From Candidatus Bathyarchaeia archaeon (GTDB lineage Archaea > Thermoproteota > Bathyarchaeia > Bathyarchaeales > Bathycorpusculaceae): 64,000 bases of DNA. Below, piece by piece: positions 39,005-49,254 of the stretch; position 1 is the stretch's first letter; each line of letters starts with the position of its first letter. A program made the position numbers and the translations under genes. Location of the stretch: the NCBI GenBank assembly GCA_050010755.1, contig JBEKKK010000001.1, forward strand, positions 576,001 to 640,000, given 5' to 3'. The notes beneath the pieces are model-generated. The model made no database searches. It saw only the letters and a program-made list of their open reading frames with translations, and was not told where the DNA came from.

Positions 39005-39412
39005 ATGGGGATAACCACTACTGTGCGGGACATAATGACAAGAGATATCATATCTGTAGAGACCTCAGACAGTGTAAAAAAAGCTATTGATCTAATGGTA
39101 AAGAAGGACATTGGATCTGTAATTGTTACGAAAAACGGCGAACCTGTTGGAATAGTAACTGTAAGAGACATAATGAGAAATGTTTGTCCTGAGGAATTGT
39201 GTACGAGCGGGATTGAGGCAGGAAAGATTATGAGAAGCCCCCTTATCACCGTACCTGCGGACGCTAAGCTTGGTATAGCCGCTTCGCTAATGATGGAGAA
39301 AGGCGTGAGGAGGCTAGTGGTTGAAGAAAATGGTAAAGCAATTGGGATAGTAACGCATAGAGATTTGATCAAAGGAACCATGGACACTTTCATGGCTTTG
39401 GCTATGGTATGA
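39005..39412 (+). CDS. CBS-domain pair protein
   Basis: VRDIMT..GIVT and IMRSPLIT..GIVTHRD. Confidence 0.9.
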   Translation: MGITTTVRDIMTRDIISVETSDSVKKAIDLMVKKDIGSVIVTKNGEPVGIVTVRDIMRNVCPEELCTSGIEAGKIMRSPLITVPADAKLGIAASLMMEKGVRRLVVEENGKAIGIVTHRDLIKGTMDTFMALAMV

Positions 39413-39569
39413 TCGAGACTGTTATATCACAGAGGGTTTGCCGATTAACAGAGACCATTCTTAATGAATTGCGCTCTCAGAAATGAATCTGACGTGAAAT
39501 CGCGAGGGCCTTAAGTGCCCTCATAATTCAGAAAGCAGAGGTTTAGTGAAATCCGTATTTCTGAGAGAA

Positions 39570-41480
39570 TCAAATAGATCTGGCAACCATGAACCCTTCC
39601 CTAACGGCGTCGTATAGCTTGCGCGGTTTCACACAGTCTCCGATTTCAAGGACAGTTCCCACATGCCCTAGTTCGTCGATGAACTGCCTGTCGGATCGTG
39701 CTCCTGCGGCTAAAACAACTGTATCTGACTGGATTTTCTCAGTATTTTTATTCCTGCGAACTAATACATAGTCCTTGGTTATCTCTTCAGCCCGTGTCTT
39801 GATGAATATCTTCACGTTCTTTTCGGAGAGTCTCTGCAAAAGGAGCTTTTCGTTCCATCCGATGACTCTGTCAAGGAACATGCCTAAGTCGTTCAGCATC
39901 TCTACGATTGTGACATCCCTGCTTTTTTCGGTGAGGAAATCGGCTGTTTCGCACCCTACCAGCCCTCCGCCTATGATTACCACCTCTTTTCCAACTCCCA
40001 CATTCTTTGCCAAAACATCAGTAGCTGTCACGACATTTTTCAAATTGACTCCAGGAATTCTTGGTACTAGCGGCACCGCACCTGTTGCAGCAACTATTAC
40101 ATCAGGCTGAACCTCATCGACAACATCGGCTGTAACTTCTTTTCCAAGTTCAACTTTCACACATAATTTATTCAAAGTCACTTCGTAGTATTTGATGAAG
40201 TCTATGAGTTCTTGCTTGTATGGAAGAATGGAACTCAGTCTGGCTTGACCACCTAGTTGTTCGTCTTTCTCATACAAGAAAACTTCGTGGCCTCTCCACT
40301 TTGCTACTCTGGCAGCCTCCATTCCGGCAGGGCCACCTCCAACGACAAGAACTTTCTTGGGCTTCCTTGCTGGCTCTATCCCGAATCTCCATTCTCGTCC
40401 CGCAAGTGGGTTGACAGTGCATTCAACCTTCAATCCGGTGTTCAGACGATCTTCACAATGGATGCAAGCAATACACTTTCTGATTTCGTCAATCCTCCCT
40501 TCTGCAGTCTTCTTAGGCAACTCGGGGTCAGCAAGTAGAGGTCTAGCCATCTCTATCAAATCCACTTTTCCGTCTTCCAAGATTCTCTCTGCCAAAGCGG
40601 GATTGTCAATTCTGCCTGCGACGGAAACAGGTATTCCAACACTTTTCTTTATTTCAAATGCCAACGGAACGTTGCATCCTCTTTCAACTGCCCTTGGTGG
40701 AACCAAGTATTCGCACAGGCTGCTTGTTTCGCCAGCGGAAACACTTATGGCTGCGACTCCAGCTTCTTCAAGCTTCAAAGCAATTATCTTCGATTCCTTT
40801 GTCGTTAGTCCTCCATTCAGGTAGTCGCTTCCATTGATTCTGGCCATTATTGGAAAACCATCACCCACTTCTTGCTTTATTTTGTCTACGATTTCAAGTA
40901 GGAACCTCATTCTGCCGTGTTGATCTCGACCATAAGCATCTGTCCTCCTGTTTGCCAAGGGTGATAGAAAAGTCCATACAAGATAACCATGTGCTGCCTG
41001 TATTTGAACGGCGTCGAAGCCGGCCTTTTTTGTTCTCAAGGCAGCCTCAGCGAATTTCTCCTCAAGACTTTCGATTTCCTCTATCGTTAGGGTTCGAGGA
41101 ATCGCTCTGCCAAGAGAAGGGATGCTGGATGCTCCAAAGGGATACATTGAAATAGTCTTTGGCGCAATTTTCCTCCCACTATGGTTTATCTGAACTGCAA
41201 TTTTGGTACCGTGAGCATGGACAGCATTGGTCAATTTTGAAAGCGAAGGGATATATCCTTCATTATATATGCCCAACTTTGGGCTGTCGTCGGAACCGAT
41301 ACTTGCACCGCCAACAATAATCAATGCTGTCCCGCCTTTTGCTCTTTCGACGCAAAAGGCCTTCAAACGTTCAGAGACGAAGCCTTCCCTTGTTTCGAAA
41401 CCAGTTTCCATCGGCGCCATGACAATTCGATTGTGCAGTTTAATTCGCCCAATTCTGATTGATTCAAAGAGTTTCTTCAA
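39570..41480 (-). CDS. NADH:flavin oxidoreductase (OYE-FeS-FAD, 2,4-dienoyl-CoA/enoate reductase family)
   Basis: NRIVMAPM, AHGYL, NRRTDAYG, CIACIHC..C, GGGPAG, GGGLVG. Confidence 0.92.
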   Translation of the reverse strand: MKKLFESIRIGRIKLHNRIVMAPMETGFETREGFVSERLKAFCVERAKGGTALIIVGGASIGSDDSPKLGIYNEGYIPSLSKLTNAVHAHGTKIAVQINHSGRKIAPKTISMYPFGASSIPSLGRAIPRTLTIEEIESLEEKFAEAALRTKKAGFDAVQIQAAHGYLVWTFLSPLANRRTDAYGRDQHGRMRFLLEIVDKIKQEVGDGFPIMARINGSDYLNGGLTTKESKIIALKLEEAGVAAISVSAGETSSLCEYLVPPRAVERGCNVPLAFEIKKSVGIPVSVAGRIDNPALAERILEDGKVDLIEMARPLLADPELPKKTAEGRIDEIRKCIACIHCEDRLNTGLKVECTVNPLAGREWRFGIEPARKPKKVLVVGGGPAGMEAARVAKWRGHEVFLYEKDEQLGGQARLSSILPYKQELIDFIKYYEVTLNKLCVKVELGKEVTADVVDEVQPDVIVAATGAVPLVPRIPGVNLKNVVTATDVLAKNVGVGKEVVIIGGGLVGCETADFLTEKSRDVTIVEMLNDLGMFLDRVIGWNEKLLLQRLSEKNVKIFIKTRAEEITKDYVLVRRNKNTEKIQSDTVVLAAGARSDRQFIDELGHVGTVLEIGDCVKPRKLYDAVREGFMVARSI

Positions 41481-41593
41481 TTTTCACAGCCAGCAATGTT
41501 TTGGGATAAAATGGTGTTCAAGAATAAAGTGTTTTCGACGTGTGAAATCGGTTTTGACTGTTACTCAAATGTGTATTGCTCGCAAGTTTGCGT

Positions 41594-42007
41594 TCACATT
41601 TTGGTTATTTTGACGAGGTTTTCATTCGCATTGACTTCTACGTGGTCCCCCGTCTTGATTATCTCGAGTGGATTCTGTTCAAGGCTGTCCATTAATGGTA
41701 TGTTTCCCATTATGGCTCCGATTGTGGTGATCGTTTCTGATTTGAGACATATCATAGCTCTGGGGCCGGTCCCAAGCTTTTCCATTTGGTAAATAACAAA
41801 TGATCCGCCAGTGCTTCCCTTCCCGTAGGGGAATACCAATATCTTGGCGCTAATTATTTGCCCTTGAAGCTCATGCCCTGTTTCAACTATCGCCCCGCTA
41901 AGGGGATCTACTCCTCCATTGAAAAGAATCGGATCTTTTGTGACGATGGCTTCCCCTGAAGCTCTTCCTTTTGAAAGACTTCGGCCCTTAATTACGACTT
42001 GCTTCAT
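41594..42007 (-). CDS. Aconitase X swivel (small) subunit, DUF126
   Basis: GGVDPLSG, HEL.GQ, GKGSTGGS. Confidence 0.9.
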   Translation of the reverse strand: MKQVVIKGRSLSKGRASGEAIVTKDPILFNGGVDPLSGAIVETGHELQGQIISAKILVFPYGKGSTGGSFVIYQMEKLGTGPRAMICLKSETITTIGAIMGNIPLMDSLEQNPLEIIKTGDHVEVNANENLVKITKM

Positions 42008-42010
42008 TGC

Positions 42011-43273
42011 TCATTCCTCCCATGAACCTTTTGCAGCGGCCTTTAGGCAATCTTCCATACTGCCTAGTAACACATTATGCCACCCTCTTCCAGGGCCTAG
42101 ATAGAATGCTTGCTTTGCGGAATCTGTGGCAATTGTCAGTTTGCCGTGTGAACGCCGGAGAAGGGGACCTAGCGCAGAGGCACAAGTATCAACCGTTACC
42201 AGTCCTCCAGCTTTGCTCACTACGTTAACATACCCTGCGTGCGCTGCCGCTGCGTAAACAGGTTCGCAGGTTTGGATCCACAATCTGACATCTTCATGAA
42301 CTTTCTTCCCTTCAAGTAGCCTAGAAGCTCTCTCTAACTGTTGAAGTGAATAGTGCGGACAACCGAGTGCAACGATATCGATTTTTCCCGACCCAGTACA
42401 CAATTTCCGACAGGTCTCTCTGAGATCACGTTCTTCTATTTCGATAGTCTCCTCGGGTTTTTCGTTTCTGAACATATGCTGTTCCGTTTTTGTCTCGGGG
42501 GTCACACCAGGAATATGATACATCCCAATCACACTAGAAACTCCCAGACCCGAGCCTAGCTCCACCAAATCTTCAGTATATATCTTTCGCGACAGTCCAG
42601 AAAAGACAGGGACCTTGTCAACTACCATTTGTCCTATATAGTATCCTAGAATTCCATATTCATGCGTTGCTTTTGGATGCTTTCTGATCTTCACCAACGT
42701 CTTTCCTAATCGGTTTTCTCTAAGATGATACCCGTAAAGTGGCGTTCTTCCAGTCAGTGCGGCCATCAACGCACTTAGACAGCCTTCACGGTTGCTTCTT
42801 GCGCCCAACACTGAATTAATGAAGGGGACTGTGGAAGACTCTGACCAAGCGACGTGTTCATTGAATCTTGGCAGGTTGCTGAAGTAGTACGGCGTGCAGG
42901 AGCATGTGTTCGCGCAACCTATTCTCTTGAGTGCTTGCAGAATCCTTGACTCTTTTGTAATGTAATCTGCACCGTAAATCTCGAATTCTTTCAAACGTCG
43001 TCTATCAATACCTGTGACGTTCGTTGTCGTGAAAACTCGGACTTTGGCTCCTTTATTCGCCAAGTCTTCAATGAATGCAATGCCTGAATCACCGATGGTC
43101 TCATAGACCAAGTCTGCTATGTGAGTCGAGCTGATTTTGACCATTCTTGCCGCGTTGTAAGCCTCACCCAGCTTCACCAGTATCTCCATCGCCTTCGCTG
43201 CGCATTCACCATATTCTCCTTCAAGCATGCCCCGTTCAGCTTTTGCAAGTCGCAAGGGCGTTCCCATCTGCAA
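42011..43273 (-). CDS. Aconitase X catalytic (large) subunit, DUF521
   Basis: CTPY, WSESS, NSVLGARSNRE, GCPH, DTC, TDSAK. Confidence 0.9.
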   Translation of the reverse strand: MQMGTPLRLAKAERGMLEGEYGECAAKAMEILVKLGEAYNAARMVKISSTHIADLVYETIGDSGIAFIEDLANKGAKVRVFTTTNVTGIDRRRLKEFEIYGADYITKESRILQALKRIGCANTCSCTPYYFSNLPRFNEHVAWSESSTVPFINSVLGARSNREGCLSALMAALTGRTPLYGYHLRENRLGKTLVKIRKHPKATHEYGILGYYIGQMVVDKVPVFSGLSRKIYTEDLVELGSGLGVSSVIGMYHIPGVTPETKTEQHMFRNEKPEETIEIEERDLRETCRKLCTGSGKIDIVALGCPHYSLQQLERASRLLEGKKVHEDVRLWIQTCEPVYAAAAHAGYVNVVSKAGGLVTVDTCASALGPLLRRSHGKLTIATDSAKQAFYLGPGRGWHNVLLGSMEDCLKAAAKGSWEE

Positions 43274-43344
43274 GGATATATAACAGATTAGCTTCTATCC
43301 TTTATGACTTACTTAGAGATAAAGTCTGAGTCGGAATTTCAGAG

Positions 43345-43953
43345 ATGAAAACAAGAAAAGATATGCGCCAAAAGAAGAATACTTCAAAAGCAGCCTGCAG
43401 GCCCGATAAAACTGAAATCGATCTTTCTCACGCATATAGGCTCCTTTATCCAATGCATACTGTTCTTGTTTCCTGCTGTGGAAAAACTGGGGGACCTAAC
43501 ATCATAACGCTGTCTTGGGTAATGCCTACATCAATCAAACCGCCCCTAGTTGCTATAAGTGTGGCACCAAATCGACATAGCCACGCTCTCATCAAAGAAT
43601 CCAGAGAGTTTGTGGTTAACATTCCAACCTTTAGCCTGTTGAAGGATACACTTTTTTGTGGCACAGTGAGCGGCAAAGATCACGATAAATTCAAAGAAAC
43701 AGGCTTGACATCGTTGGCTAGCAGGATGGTCAAGGCTCCTTTCATAATGGAATGTATCGCTCATCTAGAATGCAAACTTTGCGGTGAATTCAACACAGGC
43801 GATCATACGCTGTTCATAGGCGAGATTATTGCAGCATATGCAAACAAAGGAGCTTTTGGGACTGTTTATGATACGAGAATTGCGCCAATTCTTCTTGAAC
43901 TAGGCGGAAACAAATTCGCAATACCTGATCGCAGAGTTATCAAGTTTCAATAG
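43345..43953 (+). CDS. Flavin reductase-like FMN-binding protein
   Basis: PNIIT, EFVVNIP, CGTVSG, GDHTLFIGE. Confidence 0.88.
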   Translation: MKTRKDMRQKKNTSKAACRPDKTEIDLSHAYRLLYPMHTVLVSCCGKTGGPNIITLSWVMPTSIKPPLVAISVAPNRHSHALIKESREFVVNIPTFSLLKDTLFCGTVSGKDHDKFKETGLTSLASRMVKAPFIMECIAHLECKLCGEFNTGDHTLFIGEIIAAYANKGAFGTVYDTRIAPILLELGGNKFAIPDRRVIKFQ

Positions 43954-44131
43954 TGAATTGCTTTAAGCTCGTTTGAAGTTTTTAGTGTGTCTGTAAAACC
44001 CGCTAGCCAGCTCTGACACGTGATTCTAAAGGAACGACATGCTAATGTCTACAGCGTGTGGCCAAATCTCGCATTACGAAAAGTTTATTATTCGATTGCT
44101 GCACTCGGATTATTTCATTGGGTGCTGGCTT

Positions 44132-45082
44132 ATGACATCTACGAGCATACTTGTGACGGGCGCTTCCGGTTTTGTCGGGTCGAATATTCTTCAGACTCTT
44201 GTTGAAAAGGGAAAGAGTGCTGTGGGTTATGATGTTGCATCACCTCCGCCAGATCTTTTTGGCAGAGTGACAGTAGTGAAGGGAGACATACTTGACTTGT
44301 CTAGGATTTTGCACTTAACGAACCAATACAATGTCAACGGCGTCATTCACACGATCGCAATAATGCCTTCGACTGGCTCGGAAGATATGCCAGCTCAGGC
44401 AATGAAAATAAATGTGGAAGGGACGTTGACTATATTGGAAGCTGCCAGGTTGCTGAACTTCAGGAGAGTGGTCTTCTGCAGCACAGTTTCAGCTTGCGGT
44501 GATAGAGGTCTTGTTAAGGTGAAAGAAGACGACCCATCTGTTTTTCCTTTTCACGAAATCTATGGGCTGTCAAAATTTATGGCCGAACAACTTTGCCTTT
44601 ACTACAATGAGCGATTTGGGGTCGATGTGGTGATCGTTAGGTTTACCAATGTATACGGACCTGGGCAAAGACCATTTAGGAAGCCATTCATTGCAGGTGC
44701 TCAACCAATCGATTGGTTCCTTCACAGCGCCCTAAGCGATGGCATGATAGAGATGGAGAAGGGGCGTGAAACACGTAAGGATTATACATACATCAAAGAT
44801 GTCGTGCAAGGCGTACTTCTTGCTTATGAAAAAGAGAAACCAAAATACAGGTTGTACAACATCTCAAGCGGTAAGCTCACAACCATAGATGAAATAATTA
44901 AGGCCATCAAGCGAGTGCTTCCAAACGTCAGCGCAAATATCGGGCCAGGGGTTGAGGAAGCCTTGCCATATTTTGACATAAGCAGAGCACAGGATGACTT
45001 GGGTTATCAGCCTTTGTATGACATAGAGAAGGCAGTTCCAGATTACTTAGACTGGCTTCGAAGCAGAATCAATAAGAGCTAA
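44132..45082 (+). CDS. NAD-dependent epimerase/dehydratase (extended SDR)
   Basis: TGASGFVG, YGLSK, NVYGPG; likely start MTSTS. Confidence 0.9.
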   Translation: MTSTSILVTGASGFVGSNILQTLVEKGKSAVGYDVASPPPDLFGRVTVVKGDILDLSRILHLTNQYNVNGVIHTIAIMPSTGSEDMPAQAMKINVEGTLTILEAARLLNFRRVVFCSTVSACGDRGLVKVKEDDPSVFPFHEIYGLSKFMAEQLCLYYNERFGVDVVIVRFTNVYGPGQRPFRKPFIAGAQPIDWFLHSALSDGMIEMEKGRETRKDYTYIKDVVQGVLLAYEKEKPKYRLYNISSGKLTTIDEIIKAIKRVLPNVSANIGPGVEEALPYFDISRAQDDLGYQPLYDIEKAVPDYLDWLRSRINKS

Positions 45083-45113
45083 GATTTGGTTTTCATAGAA
45101 ACCATATTTGCTC

Positions 45114-46397
45114 TTAGCTTTCGATTGCCTCAATTCCCATTTGTTCACAAAGCACTTTCAAATCGTTTCTGATATCTCCCGATGCCACGATGTAATGGTT
45201 GCCCGAAATATTTCGAATAAAGGCATCTTTGCCTCCTACAAGCCTGATCCTGATATCCAGAGTCGTTTGATTGAGGCAGGATACAACATTGCCCAAGGCA
45301 AAGTGCATTTTATCCATGTGGGAACCATACAATCTGAGTAAGGTCACTTCTTTTCCTTCCTGAAGTTTTGGTCTGCACATCGCTAACGGAATTGGTTCCC
45401 CAACATGGGATGGTGAGTGCCCTGTTTTTATGGTTACGTCGCTGCAATCTTCGCATAATGAAGCAGGGCCAGCACAATGAAGCATAGTCATCACGCTTTC
45501 CGAATCAATCGTGAAGGGGTCGCTGATTAGGGGCTGTTTGCCTGAGAGGTACAGTATCATTAGTGCTGCTGCACAAGTGACAACATCTCCCTCGCAACCA
45601 ATTGTGTATGATTCATCAATGAAACCGAGACATGGGTTAACTTTGAATTCTTTGATCATCTCAGAATGGCATTCAAGGCAGAAACCCTCGAGCTCACGTT
45701 CATTCGCAATCTTTTTTAGCGCCAAATGCTGGCGCATTGATTGGACGAGAAGCGCGGGTTCGACTTCCACTTTGATGCCCTTTGGGATATTTTCAATTGC
45801 TTTGGCAGCCTCTTTTTCCGTTGTTTTAGTAACAACTTGTTTGTATTCAGATATTGGGATTCGGACAATATCAGGTCCTATCCTATGGCGAAGTATGTTT
45901 CTGTCGTAGTAGGAGGCTGTCATTAGAGAGAAAACGCCTCCGATTGCGCCTATTCTTGCTCTTTTGAGTCTGTTGATAGTATAGTTGACTCTTGCTAGTT
46001 GTTCAATTCGGCGCGTCACTTCCTTGTCTGACGCAGATCCATAAACAAGGTTCGACTTAAAGTCCCTCTCCATTAGCGCACCAATTGCGCTGGCACAAGT
46101 CGGTAACGAGTATCGAGTTGGAAGAGCCCAAATCACTGTTCTGACGACGCTGTTCTCTGCAGCCAAGACTAATAATGGGGCGCTAGCTCCATGGAGAGAA
46201 AACAATATGAGAAGATCGATTTCCGCAGACTGGAGATTTTTAACGGCGAGTATTATATCTTTTTCATCATACAAGGGCTTGGTCTTAGTGAGATCCACAT
46301 TGATGGATTCCAGATTCTCTATTGCAGATTTGATATCGTTTTTGATATCTTCTGAAGTGACCTCCCCTATTGGCATCAGAAATATTCTAGGTCTCAT
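45114..46397 (-). CDS. L-fucose/L-arabinose isomerase-like protein
   Basis: PC..GCEGD, LHCAG and GNH metal-site motifs. Confidence 0.75.
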   Translation of the reverse strand: MRPRIFLMPIGEVTSEDIKNDIKSAIENLESINVDLTKTKPLYDEKDIILAVKNLQSAEIDLLILFSLHGASAPLLVLAAENSVVRTVIWALPTRYSLPTCASAIGALMERDFKSNLVYGSASDKEVTRRIEQLARVNYTINRLKRARIGAIGGVFSLMTASYYDRNILRHRIGPDIVRIPISEYKQVVTKTTEKEAAKAIENIPKGIKVEVEPALLVQSMRQHLALKKIANERELEGFCLECHSEMIKEFKVNPCLGFIDESYTIGCEGDVVTCAAALMILYLSGKQPLISDPFTIDSESVMTMLHCAGPASLCEDCSDVTIKTGHSPSHVGEPIPLAMCRPKLQEGKEVTLLRLYGSHMDKMHFALGNVVSCLNQTTLDIRIRLVGGKDAFIRNISGNHYIVASGDIRNDLKVLCEQMGIEAIES

Positions 46398-46609
46398 TAT
46401 GGTTCAGCCTGCTCGATTTGAATTCCACAACCAATAGCTTCTAGCATTATTTACATCTTTTGGGAGAATCTTCCTATTCTATTATTCAAGAGTCATTCAT
46501 GTTGAAGACCGAACCAGGCAATATGAAATGAATAAAGAACAAAATAACTGTCAGGAAAATCATGACCGAAAAAACAAAAAGGGTGTATTAGGGCCTTTTT
46601 TTAAGGCTC

Positions 46610-47893
46610 TCAGCCAGACTGTGACTGTGGCATTGGGAATACGACGTTTGTTGCTTTAACATCTGGCGGATATACTGTCGCCCAGGTTCCACTAGTGGTA
46701 CCGTTGAAGAACTGCGTTATGACCAAGCCAATGTTTATGTTCTGTCCGCCTGCATCAAATTTGACGCTTCCAACGCTTGGGATTTGGTCTGATGGAATCA
46801 CTGTGCTGCTGAGTGCGTCTCTGATCTTCTGCGGGTCTAAAGAATTGGCCTTGTTGACCGCCGAACACCATGTTCTAAAAGCAGTGTCCCAACCTATGAC
46901 ATCGGTGTATGCAGATCCATTCCCATAAAGCGAATTGAATTCGTCCCTGACTTGATTTGACAGCGGCTTGTTGACGTCAGGGCTCCACGAAAGGACGTTG
47001 AACCAATAGTCTGCGAGATTCGTGCCTGCTATTGCAGCTATGAACGCCGGTTTGTTTTCTCCATCTTGAGTAAGAATTGCCTTCGGATACCAATTAAGCT
47101 GCTTAAACGCTTTGGCATACAGAAGTCCGTCGTTGACGTAGCCCGCCTGGAAAACCACGTCAGGATTGGCCGACTTCAAGGTTAAGACTTCTGAAGTCAC
47201 ATCAGCAGTATTCATGTTGTACGGAATATTCGCTACGACCGTGTAGTTGTAATCTGTGGAGTTGTTTGTTGCTGCCCATCCTGCCTCGCAACCAGAGCCG
47301 AATGATGAGTCTTCGTAGAGATAAGCTATCGTATGAATTGGGATATTATATGTGGCGCTTTCATTTTTCAAGAATTGGAACAAGGCGCTACCAAACATAT
47401 TGTCGTTAGCAACTACCCTGAAGTAGTATTGGAATCGACCGTCAGTCAATGTGGGGCTGGAAGCGTCACCGCCCATCATAGGAATCTTGTATTGTTGACA
47501 TACTTGAGCCATAGGCAAAGCCAAGGAACTGTATATGCCTCCAAAAACAGTAATGACGTGTTGCTCAGTGATTAGGTATTCTGCCGTTGAGGCTGCAGTG
47601 TTTGGATCCCATTGGTTGTCTGCCCAGACAGCCTGAACCTTCACGCTTTTTCCATCAATAGTTAGGCCGCCTGCATTATTGAAGTCGCTAATCGCCATGT
47701 CGAAAGTTTTCCGAGCTGCTTGACCTTGGTCTGCGCCGGCTCCAGTTAAGCCGTAATCAAAACCAACCAGGGCTACGGTTGGGCTATTTGGTATAAGCTG
47801 TTGAAGCGTTTGTACATAGTACAAGGTTATTCCAGACATTAAGATTGTTATAGCCACCAAAATCACAATCACTTTTTCAAGTGTCGATGCCAT
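46610..47893 (-). CDS. livK: Branched-chain (Liv-type) ABC substrate-binding protein, membrane-anchored
   Basis: N-terminal TM, LTGAGA..G, GGIYSS, ASSPTLT, YFR; start MASTLEK. Confidence 0.88.
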   Translation of the reverse strand: MASTLEKVIVILVAITILMSGITLYYVQTLQQLIPNSPTVALVGFDYGLTGAGADQGQAARKTFDMAISDFNNAGGLTIDGKSVKVQAVWADNQWDPNTAASTAEYLITEQHVITVFGGIYSSLALPMAQVCQQYKIPMMGGDASSPTLTDGRFQYYFRVVANDNMFGSALFQFLKNESATYNIPIHTIAYLYEDSSFGSGCEAGWAATNNSTDYNYTVVANIPYNMNTADVTSEVLTLKSANPDVVFQAGYVNDGLLYAKAFKQLNWYPKAILTQDGENKPAFIAAIAGTNLADYWFNVLSWSPDVNKPLSNQVRDEFNSLYGNGSAYTDVIGWDTAFRTWCSAVNKANSLDPQKIRDALSSTVIPSDQIPSVGSVKFDAGGQNINIGLVITQFFNGTTSGTWATVYPPDVKATNVVFPMPQSQSG

Positions 47894-48126
47894 TTTTCTT
47901 TCTCCTTCATTTTGTGGCTCGCACGCCTTATGGCGATATTGATACATTAACTATTTATGGATTGCGTTAATTTAGCGCACGCTAAGTGTTTTGAGCAGTT
48001 TATGGGACAAATGTTATTACAAGGAGAGGCTGAATCTTCTGAGACATGTTACAATAGATTTTTATAGCAACTCAACTCTGCTTTAACAGAAATAGCATAC
48101 AATAATGAATAGAGGGAAAAGTCGTC

Positions 48127-49140
48127 TTGTGGTTCTTGAATCTTGAGCTCGCAAAGGCTTCGGATACTCTTGTAAGAGAAGAAACCTTGCTGGGCCTGAA
48201 GCCTAATGAAAATCTCTTGATATGTGCAGATACAGAAACAGATATGGCAGTGGTGGAAGCAACCGCGAGGGCCGCTCACTTGGCTCGATCTAAAGTAGCC
48301 GTCATATGGTACGCCGCTCCCCCTGACATTGGAGAAAAGGCTACAGTTCCAGAGCCTGTGGCGGCAGCAATGTTAAAGGCCGATATTATGGTTGAGTTTT
48401 CCAGAAAATACTTGCTCTTTTCGAAGGCATGGAGAAGAGCCATGGAAAAAAGTGTAAGATATTTGGGGCTTTGGGGCATGGACGTCGGAATGATGGTGAG
48501 GTTAATAGGAAATGTTGACTGGGCGAAGATGATAGAATTGGGAAAAAGACTTGTCGAAGTAAGTAAGGAGGCAACTCACATGAAGATAACATCATCTGCC
48601 GGGACGAATGTCTATTTTAGGTTAGATTCAGATCGCCCTTTCATTCGGTCGGAAGTCGGCGGCGGTTTGGCAGGTGAAATCGCATGGGCTCCTGTGGAGG
48701 AGACGGTGAACGGTACGATTGTGCTGAACGGAGCGATTTTCCCTCCCGAAATCGGCATTCTACATAGTCCTATTAAGCTAAGGGTCATTAAAGGCAGAGT
48801 GGTAAGGATCATCGGGGGAGCTGAAGCAAAGAAGTTGGAAGGATGGCTCGCTAGTTGGCATGATCCCAGCATGTACAACATAGCACACTTCAGCTATGGC
48901 TTCAATCCTGGCGCAAAGCTTTCTGACAAGATACTAGAGGCTGATAGAGTTTTTGGAAGCGTGGTTGTTGGTTTAGGGTACCAAAGAGAATACTACAAAG
49001 GAAAAGCCGGGGTCGCGGCCGCTCATTCTGATGGCACTATGTTGAATCCGACAATATTCGTTGATGAAGATTGTCTCGAAAAGGAAGGAAGATACGTCCA
49101 TCCTCGTTTGGCTTCGATAAGCAAGGCATTAGGTTTCTAG
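48127..49140 (+). CDS. M29/aminopeptidase-T fold protein (NicX-like subgroup)
   Basis: AGTNV, GEIAWAP..VNGTIV, AHFSYGFNP, AHSDG. Confidence 0.75.
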   Translation: MWFLNLELAKASDTLVREETLLGLKPNENLLICADTETDMAVVEATARAAHLARSKVAVIWYAAPPDIGEKATVPEPVAAAMLKADIMVEFSRKYLLFSKAWRRAMEKSVRYLGLWGMDVGMMVRLIGNVDWAKMIELGKRLVEVSKEATHMKITSSAGTNVYFRLDSDRPFIRSEVGGGLAGEIAWAPVEETVNGTIVLNGAIFPPEIGILHSPIKLRVIKGRVVRIIGGAEAKKLEGWLASWHDPSMYNIAHFSYGFNPGAKLSDKILEADRVFGSVVVGLGYQREYYKGKAGVAAAHSDGTMLNPTIFVDEDCLEKEGRYVHPRLASISKALGF

Positions 49141-49254
49141 TTATGGCAAAATGTAGCTCATTTCTCGCAAGTCTGGCCACTTATCAAGAAACTGATAAGC
49201 CTTAAATATGTTGCCGACGACTGCATACATTCATACAGCTTACGTCAAACGAAG

